A DNA stretch of 64,000 bases from Ignavibacteriota bacterium (GCA_016219595.1 JACRLY010000069.1:158-64157); one strand, 5' to 3'; numbered from the stretch's first letter, positions 8,699 to 18,399 are shown. Made by a program: numbers and translations. Notes: a model not told the origin generated them from the letters alone.

Positions 8699-9427
8699 TT
8701 AAAATAATGTTATCTGATCACTGATTTCCAATTTGCTCCTCATCAGCACTTTAGGCTTTATTGCCTCTGCTTCCTCGTCTGTTAATACCCTGATAGAGCC
8801 TCCTAAACAGCTGCGGCTGGTCTGATATACCTTAAGATACTCAAAGTTCAAGGTGTCTCCTAAAATGGCGTAACCGTTGAGATTGAAGAATAGCAGGTTT
8901 AAAGCACACATTTTCACGCAGGTGTGATTGATGTCCTGCCCGATAAATAGGGTCTGATTCAAAGACTGATAGGACATTAACTTGCAGGTTTCAATAAGCA
9001 ATACTCCGGCTCCGCAACAGGGATCGGAAATAACTTCCCGCTTGTAAGGTTCCAGCATTTTAGCCATAAATCCGGCAATATGCTTGGGTGTAAAAATCTG
9101 CCCGGTATTCTTGTGGGTTAAATTCCACTTCATGTAGATTTCCCCTAAGAGTTCATCATTGCTCTTCTTCATTTTAGCCAATAATAGCTGGCAGGCATTT
9201 TTGAAGAAGTCAATTTCCCGCTGGCCGGTTTCGGCTGTGTTGCGGTATCTCTTAGCCACAGTTAGATAGAATTCTTCATCCCCTAAGAAGGAATAAAGCA
9301 TTAAATCCAGCCAGTCGCTAAAAATCCGGTGGGCCTCATAACCCATTGCCTGGATTTTCTCCAGTTCTTTAATGATGTCTTTCACATGGTTTTCCTCTGG
9401 ACTGCTAATTATTCTAATGGGAAGCAA
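8699..9427 (-). CDS. N6-adenine DNA methyltransferase-like protein lacking catalytic motif IV (truncated or degenerate)
   Basis: FTPKHIAGFMAKMLEP...ISDPCCGAGVLL provides motif X and motif I (SAM binding). GQDIN...NLLFFNLNGYAILGDTL is a post-I region of HsdM/N6_Mtase type. The ORF ends about 45 aa later with no (N/D)PP(Y/F) motif. Confidence 0.55.
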   Translation of the reverse strand: MLPIRIISSPEENHVKDIIKELEKIQAMGYEAHRIFSDWLDLMLYSFLGDEEFYLTVAKRYRNTAETGQREIDFFKNACQLLLAKMKKSNDELLGEIYMKWNLTHKNTGQIFTPKHIAGFMAKMLEPYKREVISDPCCGAGVLLIETCKLMSYQSLNQTLFIGQDINHTCVKMCALNLLFFNLNGYAILGDTLNFEYLKVYQTSRSCLGGSIRVLTDEEAEAIKPKVLMRSKLEISDQITLF

Positions 9428-10129
9428 ATAAGACCGGTTAATAAATTGTTAAGGTGCTACTTTTACCCTTCAAAAAAGATAAAAAATAATTTGAGGAAAA
9501 TTATACCACAAATCAGAAAAGGAAAAAACACCAAAATTTGTTAAGAAAAATACTCAATTTCCCAAGCAAAAAATGGAGATCATAAATTTGAAAAAATTAA
9601 ATTAATGGTGGCTGTAAAAAAATCTCCAAAACCTTTCCCTGAGACCGGGCATTGTTAATCTGATTGGCATCTGTCCAAATCGGTTGAACTAATCAATAGA
9701 AAATGAAAAATTGATACTAGTATTTATGAGATGTCTTGCTTCTTATCACAAAGTCATCAATAGCAATTTTATCTGTCAAAAACTATAAAATGGTAGGTGT
9801 GTCCGAAAAAACTGCGGTCAAAATCTGGAAAAGGAAACGAAGTCTTAATGAGAATTATGCTTAATTCATATAAAAAGGTAAGGAGCTTTAAAAAAACAGC
9901 TAAGATTAGGGAAAAAAATAAAAATTTTTGATAATATATTAACTTTGAATACTGTGATAATATTGAAATTTTACTTAATTAGAGTAAACTTCATATATAT
10001 TAGAATATATGCAATTTAGGGGAATTTAGCATAAGGATAAATTTTTAATAAGATATAAATTTTTTAATTTGCTTATGTTAATTATTTTAAAATTATAATA
10101 ATTTAAAATTAACAGAATTTAAGAGATTT

Positions 10130-10873
10130 ATGTTATTTTTAAAAAATCTTCATCTAGCTTACGAAAAAAAAAATTTGCTCAACGGGGTAAATATAGAGCT
10201 TAAACGGAATACCGTAACATCTTTATTGGGACCCAACGGTGCAGGTAAGACCTCATTATTTAACATTATTTCAGGATTCATCAAACCAGACCAAGGAAGG
10301 ATTTCTTTCAATAATATAAATTTACTAAAGCTATCTCCTTCCGAAATTGCCAAATGTGGGATAACTAGAACTTTCCAAGATTTGCGTATAATTAAGGAGC
10401 TAACCGTCAAGGAAAACATAGTTCTGTCCTTTAAAAATAATCCAGAAGAAAATATTTTCCGAGCAATTATACCAAAATTTATTAATAGAAATTTCGATAA
10501 AAAGTTTGAAATTAAAGCTAAGAAAATTCTCGAACAAGTCAATTTATCAGATGTAGAAAATAAATTAGCTGGCAAAATTTCCTATGGTCAGCAAAAATTG
10601 CTGACATTGGGTTGTGCCATCGCCAATGAACCCGAATTGATTTTGTTAGATGAACCTGTAGCAGGCATTAATATAATTTTTCAAGAACAAATTAAAAAAA
10701 TAGTTGACAGTTTAAAACAAGCAGGCATGTCAATATTATTAATTGATCACAATGCAGAATTTATTGATTCTGTCAGCGATGAAATTTTGTTCTTGAATGA
10801 GGGAAATATTACTAAATTTCAAAATTATTTAGAATTTAAGGAAATAGTGCTTGCAGATTTTGAATACTATTAA
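10130..10873 (+). CDS. livG: Branched-chain-amino-acid-type ABC transporter ATP-binding protein (LivG-like)
   Basis: Walker A GPNGAGKTS, signature ISYGQQKLL and Walker B LILLDEP. Confidence 0.85.
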   Translation: MLFLKNLHLAYEKKNLLNGVNIELKRNTVTSLLGPNGAGKTSLFNIISGFIKPDQGRISFNNINLLKLSPSEIAKCGITRTFQDLRIIKELTVKENIVLSFKNNPEENIFRAIIPKFINRNFDKKFEIKAKKILEQVNLSDVENKLAGKISYGQQKLLTLGCAIANEPELILLDEPVAGINIIFQEQIKKIVDSLKQAGMSILLIDHNAEFIDSVSDEILFLNEGNITKFQNYLEFKEIVLADFEYY

Positions 10874-10913
10874 TAAGTTAGATTAAATTTTTTAATAATT
10901 TAAAAATATTAAA

Positions 10914-11636
10914 TTGTTAGAAGTCAAAAATATATCAGCATATTATGGCATACAACAAGTGTTGTTTGACATTTCTTTTGAGATTAAGCAAGGCGAGATA
11001 GCCTTAATTATCGGTGGTAATGGAGCAGGGAAAAGTTCCATTTTAAAAAGCATTTTTGGGATCTTGCCATTAAACAGCGGCCAGGTGATATTTAACGGGC
11101 AGGATATAACAAATGTCAAAACCTTCAACTTAATTAAAAAAGGATTTGTCTATTTACCCCAAAAAGACAATTTTTTTGAGGATATGACTGTGCTGGAAAA
11201 TTTGCAGGTTGCTGGAATGAAAATAAAAGGAAAAAAAGAGCTTCAAAAAAGAATGGATTATGTATTTGAAATTTTCCCAGATCTTTATGAAATCAGGAAA
11301 AGAATCCTTTTTAACATGAGTGGTGGAGAAAAACAAATTTTAACATTATGCATGGCTCTTATTCATAAACCAAAGATGATAATGATAGATGAACCGACCG
11401 CTGGATTATCCCCAAAATTAACAAAAACAATCATTGAAAATATTAAAACCATAAACAAAACTGAGAGTGTTACCTTTTTAATTGTTGAGCATAAAATAAA
11501 AGAAATAATTAAAATTACAGAAAGATGTATAAGTATAAAAAATGGTACAATAGTTAAAACATTACATAATAAAAATATTAAAAATAATGATTATATTTAT
11601 ACAAATAATTTCTTAAAAGAAGTTTTATTTATTTAA
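10914..11636 (+). CDS. livF: ABC transporter ATP-binding protein (LivF-like), TTG start
   Basis: Walker A GGNGAGKSS, signature MSGGEKQIL and Walker B MIMIDEP. Confidence 0.85.
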   Translation: MLEVKNISAYYGIQQVLFDISFEIKQGEIALIIGGNGAGKSSILKSIFGILPLNSGQVIFNGQDITNVKTFNLIKKGFVYLPQKDNFFEDMTVLENLQVAGMKIKGKKELQKRMDYVFEIFPDLYEIRKRILFNMSGGEKQILTLCMALIHKPKMIMIDEPTAGLSPKLTKTIIENIKTINKTESVTFLIVEHKIKEIIKITERCISIKNGTIVKTLHNKNIKNNDYIYTNNFLKEVLFI

Positions 11637-11644
11637 TTAAAAAT

Positions 11645-12808
11645 ATGACAAAAAAATCAACTGTAACATTAATTTGTTCTTTATGTATAATAACCGGGAT
11701 TATTTTATCTTGGGTTTATTTTAAAGAAGATCATAAAAGTAAAAATAAAGATGTCATTAATATTGGAGTGATTACTTCTCTTACAGGAACAATTGCACCT
11801 TATGGAAAAAATGTTCTAAATGGACTTCTGCTTGCTAAAGATGAAATTAATAATCACGGAGGAATAAATAATAAAAGAATTAATTTGATTATTGAAGATG
11901 ATAAATCGTCAACTAAAGATGCAGTATCATCCTTTAATAAATTATTTACAATAGACAAAGTACCATTAATAATAGGTCCTGTCGGCAGCACAGAAGCAAT
12001 GGTGTGTGCCCCCATAGCCAACTTAAATAAAATCGTAGAATTTTCTCCTGCTGCTTCAACACCAATGTATACAACTACAGGTGATTATACTTTTAGGAAT
12101 CGGTCAAGTGCAGCATTAGAAGTTGAGGTTATGGCAGATATTGCATATAAAAATCTCAACATTCGTAATATTGCAATTTTATATATAAACAATGATGTTG
12201 GCAATAGTTTCTATCCGTACTTTATTAATAGGTTTACTAAACTTGGTGGGAAAATTTTAATCACAGAAACTTTTGATCAAGGTTCAACTGATATGAGAAA
12301 ACAACTCTCAAAAATTAAAAAGTTTTCTCCCGATGGTTTGTATTTTATTGGACATGTAGAAGAATCTGGTTATATTTTGAAACAAATTAAAGAGTTAAAT
12401 ATTAAAACTCGTCTTATCAGCCATTATTCTCTTGAAGGAAAAGAGTTATTTGATATAGCTGGAAAAGCTGCTGAAGGGATTATTTATACTGCTCCGGGTA
12501 TTGAAAAACAGTCTGTCAACCCTAAGTATTCAGCATTTGCTAAAAAATATCTTGAAAAATATGGCTCAGATTGTGACGTTTTCTCAGCTACTGCTTACGA
12601 TGCACTATATATATTAAAAATTGCTATTGAAAAAGGTGGATATAACTCCGAAGGCATTAAAAATGAATTATATAAGATTAATAATTTTATTGGAGTTACA
12701 GGAATGACAAGTTTTGATAGTAATGGCGATGTAGTAAAACCAGTTGTTGTAAAAGAAATTAAAAATGGTGAATTTGTAGAGATTGTGAATATAAATGATC
12801 TGAAATGA
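11645..12808 (+). CDS. Type-1 periplasmic substrate-binding protein (LivK/LivJ-like) with N-terminal anchor
   Basis: INIGVITSLTGTIAPYGKNVLNGLLLAKDEINNHGGI...IIGPVGS is the typical Leu/Ile/Val-binding protein family pattern. Confidence 0.8.
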   Translation: MTKKSTVTLICSLCIITGIILSWVYFKEDHKSKNKDVINIGVITSLTGTIAPYGKNVLNGLLLAKDEINNHGGINNKRINLIIEDDKSSTKDAVSSFNKLFTIDKVPLIIGPVGSTEAMVCAPIANLNKIVEFSPAASTPMYTTTGDYTFRNRSSAALEVEVMADIAYKNLNIRNIAILYINNDVGNSFYPYFINRFTKLGGKILITETFDQGSTDMRKQLSKIKKFSPDGLYFIGHVEESGYILKQIKELNIKTRLISHYSLEGKELFDIAGKAAEGIIYTAPGIEKQSVNPKYSAFAKKYLEKYGSDCDVFSATAYDALYILKIAIEKGGYNSEGIKNELYKINNFIGVTGMTSFDSNGDVVKPVVVKEIKNGEFVEIVNINDLK

Positions 12809-14160
12809 ATAATAAAAAGATACAATTAATTAATCCTCCTCTTTGTTCTGATTATATTGAATCATCACGAGCTGGGTCCTATCCACCAATAAATTTGATT
12901 TCTTTAGCAACTTACATTAAAACTCATAGTTCAAAATATGAAGTAGAAATATTGGATGGAGAGATACTTTCATTAGAAGAAATTGAATCCAAGATAGATG
13001 CAAGATATGTTGCCATTGGCACTAATATCTTGAGTTATAATAATACAATACATATTGCACAATTTGCAAAAAATCAAAATGCAGTTGTAGTTGTTGGTGG
13101 CCATTATGCTTCTGCAATACCAGAATTAATCTTAATGAACAGATTGTATATTGATTATATAATTATTGGAGATGCTGAAAAAGCCCTCATGGAATTAATA
13201 AATGAATCGCCTCTTGATAGTATTAATAATCTCGTATATCGAAAAAACAATAATATTATTATTAATGAAATAAAAAAAATATCTTTAAAAAAAACACCAT
13301 TATTAGATTTCGAATTTGTCGATTTAAATAAATATTTTCGTAACTTTAATAATAATTACCCAAATAAAGATTACAAACGTCCTTTGGTAATATTTTCTTC
13401 TAAAGGATGTATCTGGAGATCCAAATCCAAAGGATGTATATATTGTGGAATAATGCATGATGGCTGGCGAGCTAAATCTGCATCACAAATTTGGAATGAA
13501 ATTCTTTATTATAAAAATTTATACGATATAGATTTTATTTGGGATGTTTCTGATACGATAACAGCTAGTAAAAAGTGGTTAAAAGAGTTCGCATTGTCAA
13601 AACCAAATGATTTAAACATTGGATTTCATTTATACTCAAGGGCAGATCAAATTAATTCAGAAGTAATGGATTATCTTTCAATGATTAATTGCAAAGAATT
13701 ATTTATTGGAGCTGAGTCTGGGGATGATAAATGTTTAACTCTTTCAAATAAGGGTTATAAAGCAGAACAAAATATCAAGGCAGTAGAGTTTGTGAGCACC
13801 TATAATATAAAAATTGTGCTATCCATAATGTTGGGTTTATACGGAGAATCATTGGATAGTATTAGTAGAACGGAAAATATGATAAAATTGCTAATTAACA
13901 TATCAGATATAGAAGAGGCTTTTGTAAATGTTTTATTACCTATTCCAGGATGTGAAAGTTATACAATGATATTGAAAAATAATATTTTAAAAGAAAAATA
14001 TTATCAGTGTGATTTATTACCATTGGAAGAATTAAGAAAAGACTGGTTAGAAAATTTTACAAATATAACCTATAATGAGTCGCAGTTTTTCAGAGATAGA
14101 TTATTGGAATTGTTTAATATTGGATCAAGTTTCGGAAAACCAAAGGTAAAATGTATCTAA
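12805..14160 (+). CDS. Cobalamin-binding-domain radical SAM protein with atypical CX8CX2C cluster motif
   Basis: The N-terminus has a B12-binding-like Rossmann layout (YVAIGTNILSYN...VVVVGGHYAS). SSKGCIWRSKSKGCIYCG carries Cys codons at 13408, 13435 and 13444. The downstream part is radical-SAM-like (ELFIGAESGDD). The start overlaps the binding-protein stop (ATGA). Confidence 0.7.
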   Translation: MNNKKIQLINPPLCSDYIESSRAGSYPPINLISLATYIKTHSSKYEVEILDGEILSLEEIESKIDARYVAIGTNILSYNNTIHIAQFAKNQNAVVVVGGHYASAIPELILMNRLYIDYIIIGDAEKALMELINESPLDSINNLVYRKNNNIIINEIKKISLKKTPLLDFEFVDLNKYFRNFNNNYPNKDYKRPLVIFSSKGCIWRSKSKGCIYCGIMHDGWRAKSASQIWNEILYYKNLYDIDFIWDVSDTITASKKWLKEFALSKPNDLNIGFHLYSRADQINSEVMDYLSMINCKELFIGAESGDDKCLTLSNKGYKAEQNIKAVEFVSTYNIKIVLSIMLGLYGESLDSISRTENMIKLLINISDIEEAFVNVLLPIPGCESYTMILKNNILKEKYYQCDLLPLEELRKDWLENFTNITYNESQFFRDRLLELFNIGSSFGKPKVKCI

Positions 14161-14178
14161 TTTACGAAAGGGTGTTGC

Positions 14179-16386
14179 ATGAAAAACAACTGGATTGATA
14201 GTTTTAAAAAACAATTTAACGAAGAAATTAAAATTGAAGATAAATATCTATTAAAATGGTTTATTGAATCAATTAAATTTGAAAATCGTGAACAATTCAC
14301 AGAATTGCTAAACATAATGGTCTTACTTGTTTTTGGTATTGATGAACCCCAAAAAATTGAATTTAAAAATTTATATTTAACAGATCCTAATATTATTAAT
14401 AAATTTAAGGTTAATAAAAATTTTGAGTGGCAAAAATGGCTTTATGATGAATTACAATTACGATATGGAGGGATTCATTATCTAAGCAGTACGTTGGGAA
14501 CTTGGCATAGATTTGTATTTGGGGAGAAATGGTATAGTGGAATTGAAGACAAATTAATATCAAATCATGCATTAGATATTGATTATCACAATAGAACATA
14601 TGATTTATTAACTCGTAAAGAAAATGTTTTTCTTGATGAAGAACAAAAAGAAAGAATTAAAATTAATATTGAAAATGGGGAATTGTATGGTGAAAATTTT
14701 AAAGAGATAAGCAATTTCTTAATCTATCATATTAAAAAAAATATTTATCATGGCCTAATGATGCATGAAATATTGGAAGATGATAAAAGAATTGAAGCCC
14801 TATTAACAGAACCAATGTTTGAGAAAATAGTGAATATAGCTTCGAAAATTTTTAAGTACCCAATTAAGAATATAACAGATAGTAGTAAAATTGAATTATT
14901 TAGAAAATTTAATTTTGTTCTTTATCGAACTTTATTACTTGGTTCTATAAATGCTGAAGTAATTTCTTCGCAATATATTAATATTATACCAATCACAAAT
15001 TTTAATAATATTCATTATGCTACATTTGTTGGTATATTTGAAGAAAAATTACCTGAAGATACATTAAATGATGTTGAGTATTTTTTTAATAATTTCCTTA
15101 CTAATATTAACGCCTTTGAATTATCAGTTCAAAATGAATTGTTGCCTAGATCTGTTATTACTATTGAGGACTGTGTTCGTAAATTTTCAAGGATACCTAA
15201 TTTGAATCAAAACGGTTATGCTGGTAATGGAATCACAGAAAAAGATTTAATTAAAGAAGAATTAAGTTTATTTAGCGATAAAGAAAACAAGTACGGAGCC
15301 TTTATTCAAAAATTAATTGAAGATTGGGTAAAAGAGAAAAAAATCAATAAAGAAGAAAAAGAAGCTTTGGAAATAGGTATAAAACTTAAATTTGTTGGAG
15401 CTAATTCTGAAATGATTGATATTTTAAATAATCTCAACTTTAATCTTAGTCATAAAAATGGAAAAGGTGAAGCAATTTTACTGTATAGCGAACCCGGGAA
15501 TGGAAAGGAAACAATTGCGCAATTATGTCATTTTCTTTCCAAAAGGTGGATGACAAAAGATAACATAATAATTGGAGAAATTATCGGAAAAAAATTGGTC
15601 GGTGAAATAAAAGACTCCTTAACTTCAATATTGGAAAATAGCAACATACAAGTTGAACACGATAATGAAAAATTACAAATTAAGTTTGATAACGAACAAA
15701 TATATTATGACAATATCCTTTCATACAATTTTAATAATTTTCATGCTGGCTTGTTATCAAATAATAATTTTAGAAATATTCTATTTGGGAAATATGATGA
15801 CCCTTCAGGCAAATTGACACCTGGTGAATTTTATTTATCCCATCTTACAAAGGGAACTTTATTCTTGGATGAAATTAATACAATAAGTGAACCTAAATTA
15901 TCAAGTTGGTTTTTAAGAACCCTTGAAAAACCATTTTCAATAGTTCCTGAAAATTCTGTTTCAGCAATTGATAATATTGATGTTTTAACAATATTTGCTA
16001 GCAATTTATCTCCATATGAACTTATTAATATTGGTTTTAATCAAGCATTTATATCAAGGTTGAGAACTTATAACATACCACCGTTAAGAAATCGAGTAGA
16101 AGATATTCCTTTACTTATCAATAAGTTCATTTGGTTACATAAGCGTAATTATAAAAAAGCTGAACCTTCAGAATTATATAAATTTGTAGAAATTCAAAAA
16201 ATTGATATTAAAGGATTACATATATTGATTAGATTACCTTGGCGTGAAAATATCAGAGAATTAAAAAGATTTATAGATGACTTAATTGCAGCCCGGATAG
16301 AAAGAAAAATTACTACAAAAGAAATATCTTTTGATGAAATTATAAGATGTATTGTTCGTAATGAAAAAAAATTACTCGGGAAATAA
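14179..16386 (+). CDS. Large protein with C-terminal sigma54-interaction-type AAA+ domain lacking GAFTGA and HTH; ~400-aa N-terminal region of unknown function
   Basis: Walker A LLYSEPGNGKET, Walker B GTLFLDEINTI, FASNLSPYELI, RLRTYNIPPLRNRVEDIPLL and WRENIRELKRF all match bEBP AAA+ motifs. The GAFTGA loop is replaced by FGKYDDPSGKLTPGEF. An insert of about 60 aa follows Walker A. There is no Fis-type HTH tail. Confidence 0.65.
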   Translation: MKNNWIDSFKKQFNEEIKIEDKYLLKWFIESIKFENREQFTELLNIMVLLVFGIDEPQKIEFKNLYLTDPNIINKFKVNKNFEWQKWLYDELQLRYGGIHYLSSTLGTWHRFVFGEKWYSGIEDKLISNHALDIDYHNRTYDLLTRKENVFLDEEQKERIKINIENGELYGENFKEISNFLIYHIKKNIYHGLMMHEILEDDKRIEALLTEPMFEKIVNIASKIFKYPIKNITDSSKIELFRKFNFVLYRTLLLGSINAEVISSQYINIIPITNFNNIHYATFVGIFEEKLPEDTLNDVEYFFNNFLTNINAFELSVQNELLPRSVITIEDCVRKFSRIPNLNQNGYAGNGITEKDLIKEELSLFSDKENKYGAFIQKLIEDWVKEKKINKEEKEALEIGIKLKFVGANSEMIDILNNLNFNLSHKNGKGEAILLYSEPGNGKETIAQLCHFLSKRWMTKDNIIIGEIIGKKLVGEIKDSLTSILENSNIQVEHDNEKLQIKFDNEQIYYDNILSYNFNNFHAGLLSNNNFRNILFGKYDDPSGKLTPGEFYLSHLTKGTLFLDEINTISEPKLSSWFLRTLEKPFSIVPENSVSAIDNIDVLTIFASNLSPYELINIGFNQAFISRLRTYNIPPLRNRVEDIPLLINKFIWLHKRNYKKAEPSELYKFVEIQKIDIKGLHILIRLPWRENIRELKRFIDDLIAARIERKITTKEISFDEIIRCIVRNEKKLLGK

Positions 16387-16391
16387 TTAAA

Positions 16392-17270
16392 TTGATTATG
16401 CAGATTATAATAAATATATTTATAAGTTCTCTTATTTATTTGTTTTTAGCAGATGGTTTTTTTATTATTTATTATCCTTCAAAATTTTTTCCTTTTTCAC
16501 ATGCAATAATAATAACACTCGGTGCGTATTTCACATATTTGTTGTCAAATCAGGTATGCTTACCGTTATGGGTAGCAATATTATCATCAGTTACTCTTGC
16601 AACAATGTTAGGTATATTCATCGAAAAGGTAATTTATAGACCATTAAGGAAACATTGCACAAGCCTTATAAATTTAATGATTACTTCTTTAGGCTTGTAT
16701 ATAGTATTACAAAATGTAATTTCTATTTTTTGGAGTGATGATACAAGATCAATAAGGAAATCTGAAGTATCTGTTGGTAATGAATTTTTTGGAGCATATA
16801 TTACAGACACTCAAGTGGCTATAATTATTTCTAGTATGGTAATATTTATTTCGATACTAATTTTTATGAAGTATACAAAGATAGGTAAATCAATCCATGC
16901 TATTTCATCAAATGCTGAACTCTGCAATATTTTTGGTATTAATTCGGAAAATATTGTTCTATGGGCAACAGGTATAGGTTCTGCATTAGCAGCTACAGCT
17001 GGAATACTGATTTCTTTAGATGTTGACATGACACCAACTATGGGATTTAATCTCCTACTTTACGGAGTAGTTGCTATGATAATTGGTGGAGTTGGGAGCA
17101 TTAGAGGACTTGTTTTTGGAGCTGTTTTACTTGCAACAGCCCAACATCTTACAGCTTACTATATAGATAGCAAATGGATGGATGCCATTACATACTTAAT
17201 TTTAATAATTTTTCTTTTATGGAAACCACTGGGATTTAGCGGTAAAAGATTAAAGAAAGTTGAAATATAA
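16392..17270 (+). CDS. livH: ABC transporter permease (LivH-like)
   Basis: Polytopic membrane protein with the LivH-like motif IGGVGSIRGLVFGAVLL. It starts 5 nt after the AAA+ gene stop. Confidence 0.8.
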   Translation: MIMQIIINIFISSLIYLFLADGFFIIYYPSKFFPFSHAIIITLGAYFTYLLSNQVCLPLWVAILSSVTLATMLGIFIEKVIYRPLRKHCTSLINLMITSLGLYIVLQNVISIFWSDDTRSIRKSEVSVGNEFFGAYITDTQVAIIISSMVIFISILIFMKYTKIGKSIHAISSNAELCNIFGINSENIVLWATGIGSALAATAGILISLDVDMTPTMGFNLLLYGVVAMIIGGVGSIRGLVFGAVLLATAQHLTAYYIDSKWMDAITYLILIIFLLWKPLGFSGKRLKKVEI

Positions 17271-17273
17271 AAA

Positions 17274-18161
17274 ATGGAATATTTATTACATATCTTAATT
17301 TTTATAACAATATACATAATCCTAGCACAAAGCCTTGTGCTGGTGGCAGGTTTCGGTAAGATGATATCTTTGTCTCACGCCGGATTTTATGGTATTGGAG
17401 CCTATACTACAGCTATTCTTTCTATCAATTACGGATTACCTTTTTTAATTACCCTTCCCTTAGCTATGATCATTAGCGGCATCATAGCTTTGATGATATC
17501 CTTAATAGCCTTAAGAACAGTAGAAGATTACTTTATTATCTGTACTCTTGGTATACAAATTATTTTATTTTCTATAATGAATAATTGGATGTCATTAACG
17601 AGGGGTCCGCTGGGAATTCCCGGAATACCTGCATTATCTATTTTTGGTTATGAATTCAATAATAAAATCTCATTTCTAATTTTGAGCATTATCCTGACTT
17701 CGATAGTCTTTTTTATTTTAAGAAATATAACAAAATCAGCCTTTGGCAAAGTGTTAATTGCATTGAGTGAAGATGAAATATATACTCAGAGTATTGGAAA
17801 AAATGTATACTTAACTAAAATCATTACTTTTACTTTGGGTGCAATGATAGCTGCTATCCCCGGTGTATTATATGCTCATTATATTAGCTATATTGATCCT
17901 TCAAGTTTCACCGTCAATGAATCAATATTTATTTTATCAATTGTCATAATTGGCGGTATGAGAAACCTAATAGGTGCCTTAATTGCTGCCTGCTTTTTGG
18001 TTATTTTACCTGAAGTTTTAAGATTTATAGGTTTTTCCGATACTATTGCTGCTAATATCAGGCAGATTATCTATGGAGCTTCATTAGTGATTGTAATGTT
18101 TAATCCCAAAAGTTTAATTGAAAGAGTTTTATTTAAAAGGAAAATGAATAATATATCCTAA
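17274..18161 (+). CDS. livM: ABC transporter permease (LivM-like)
   Basis: Polytopic membrane protein. SLSHAGFYGIGAYTTA and IIGGMRNLIGALIAA are typical of LivM. Confidence 0.8.
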   Translation: MEYLLHILIFITIYIILAQSLVLVAGFGKMISLSHAGFYGIGAYTTAILSINYGLPFLITLPLAMIISGIIALMISLIALRTVEDYFIICTLGIQIILFSIMNNWMSLTRGPLGIPGIPALSIFGYEFNNKISFLILSIILTSIVFFILRNITKSAFGKVLIALSEDEIYTQSIGKNVYLTKIITFTLGAMIAAIPGVLYAHYISYIDPSSFTVNESIFILSIVIIGGMRNLIGALIAACFLVILPEVLRFIGFSDTIAANIRQIIYGASLVIVMFNPKSLIERVLFKRKMNNIS

Positions 18162-18399
18162 AATGATAAATCATGAAGAAAACACGATTTATATAAATTT
18201 TCGAGTTTTCACATTGTAATTAGACAAATTGATTGATATAAAAAGTGGTAATTGAAAAAATGATTTTGATATAAAGCGAGTAAGACTGCTACTAAAGATA
18301 AATTCATTAGTATCTATTTTTTATCTTTCAATCAACCCTAAATATTGTGAGCATCCATATATCTGATATCAAAATCTGGAAATAGTAAAAAATTGCAAA

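Larger units (their letters stand above)
1712..9831 (-). mobile_element. Integrated plasmid-like / mobilizable element backbone (boundaries approximate)
   Basis: A contiguous minus-strand block of conjugative/plasmid-type genes: ArdC-like, MTase-like, RHH, replication-relaxation-like, TraD/HerA-like ATPase and Toprim-like. By eye it is much richer in G+C (sampled 60-nt lines near 8.0 kb are about 50% GC) than the flanking 9.9-21 kb DNA. It contains an iteron-like tract. No integrase, relaxase or transposase was recognised. Confidence 0.5.
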
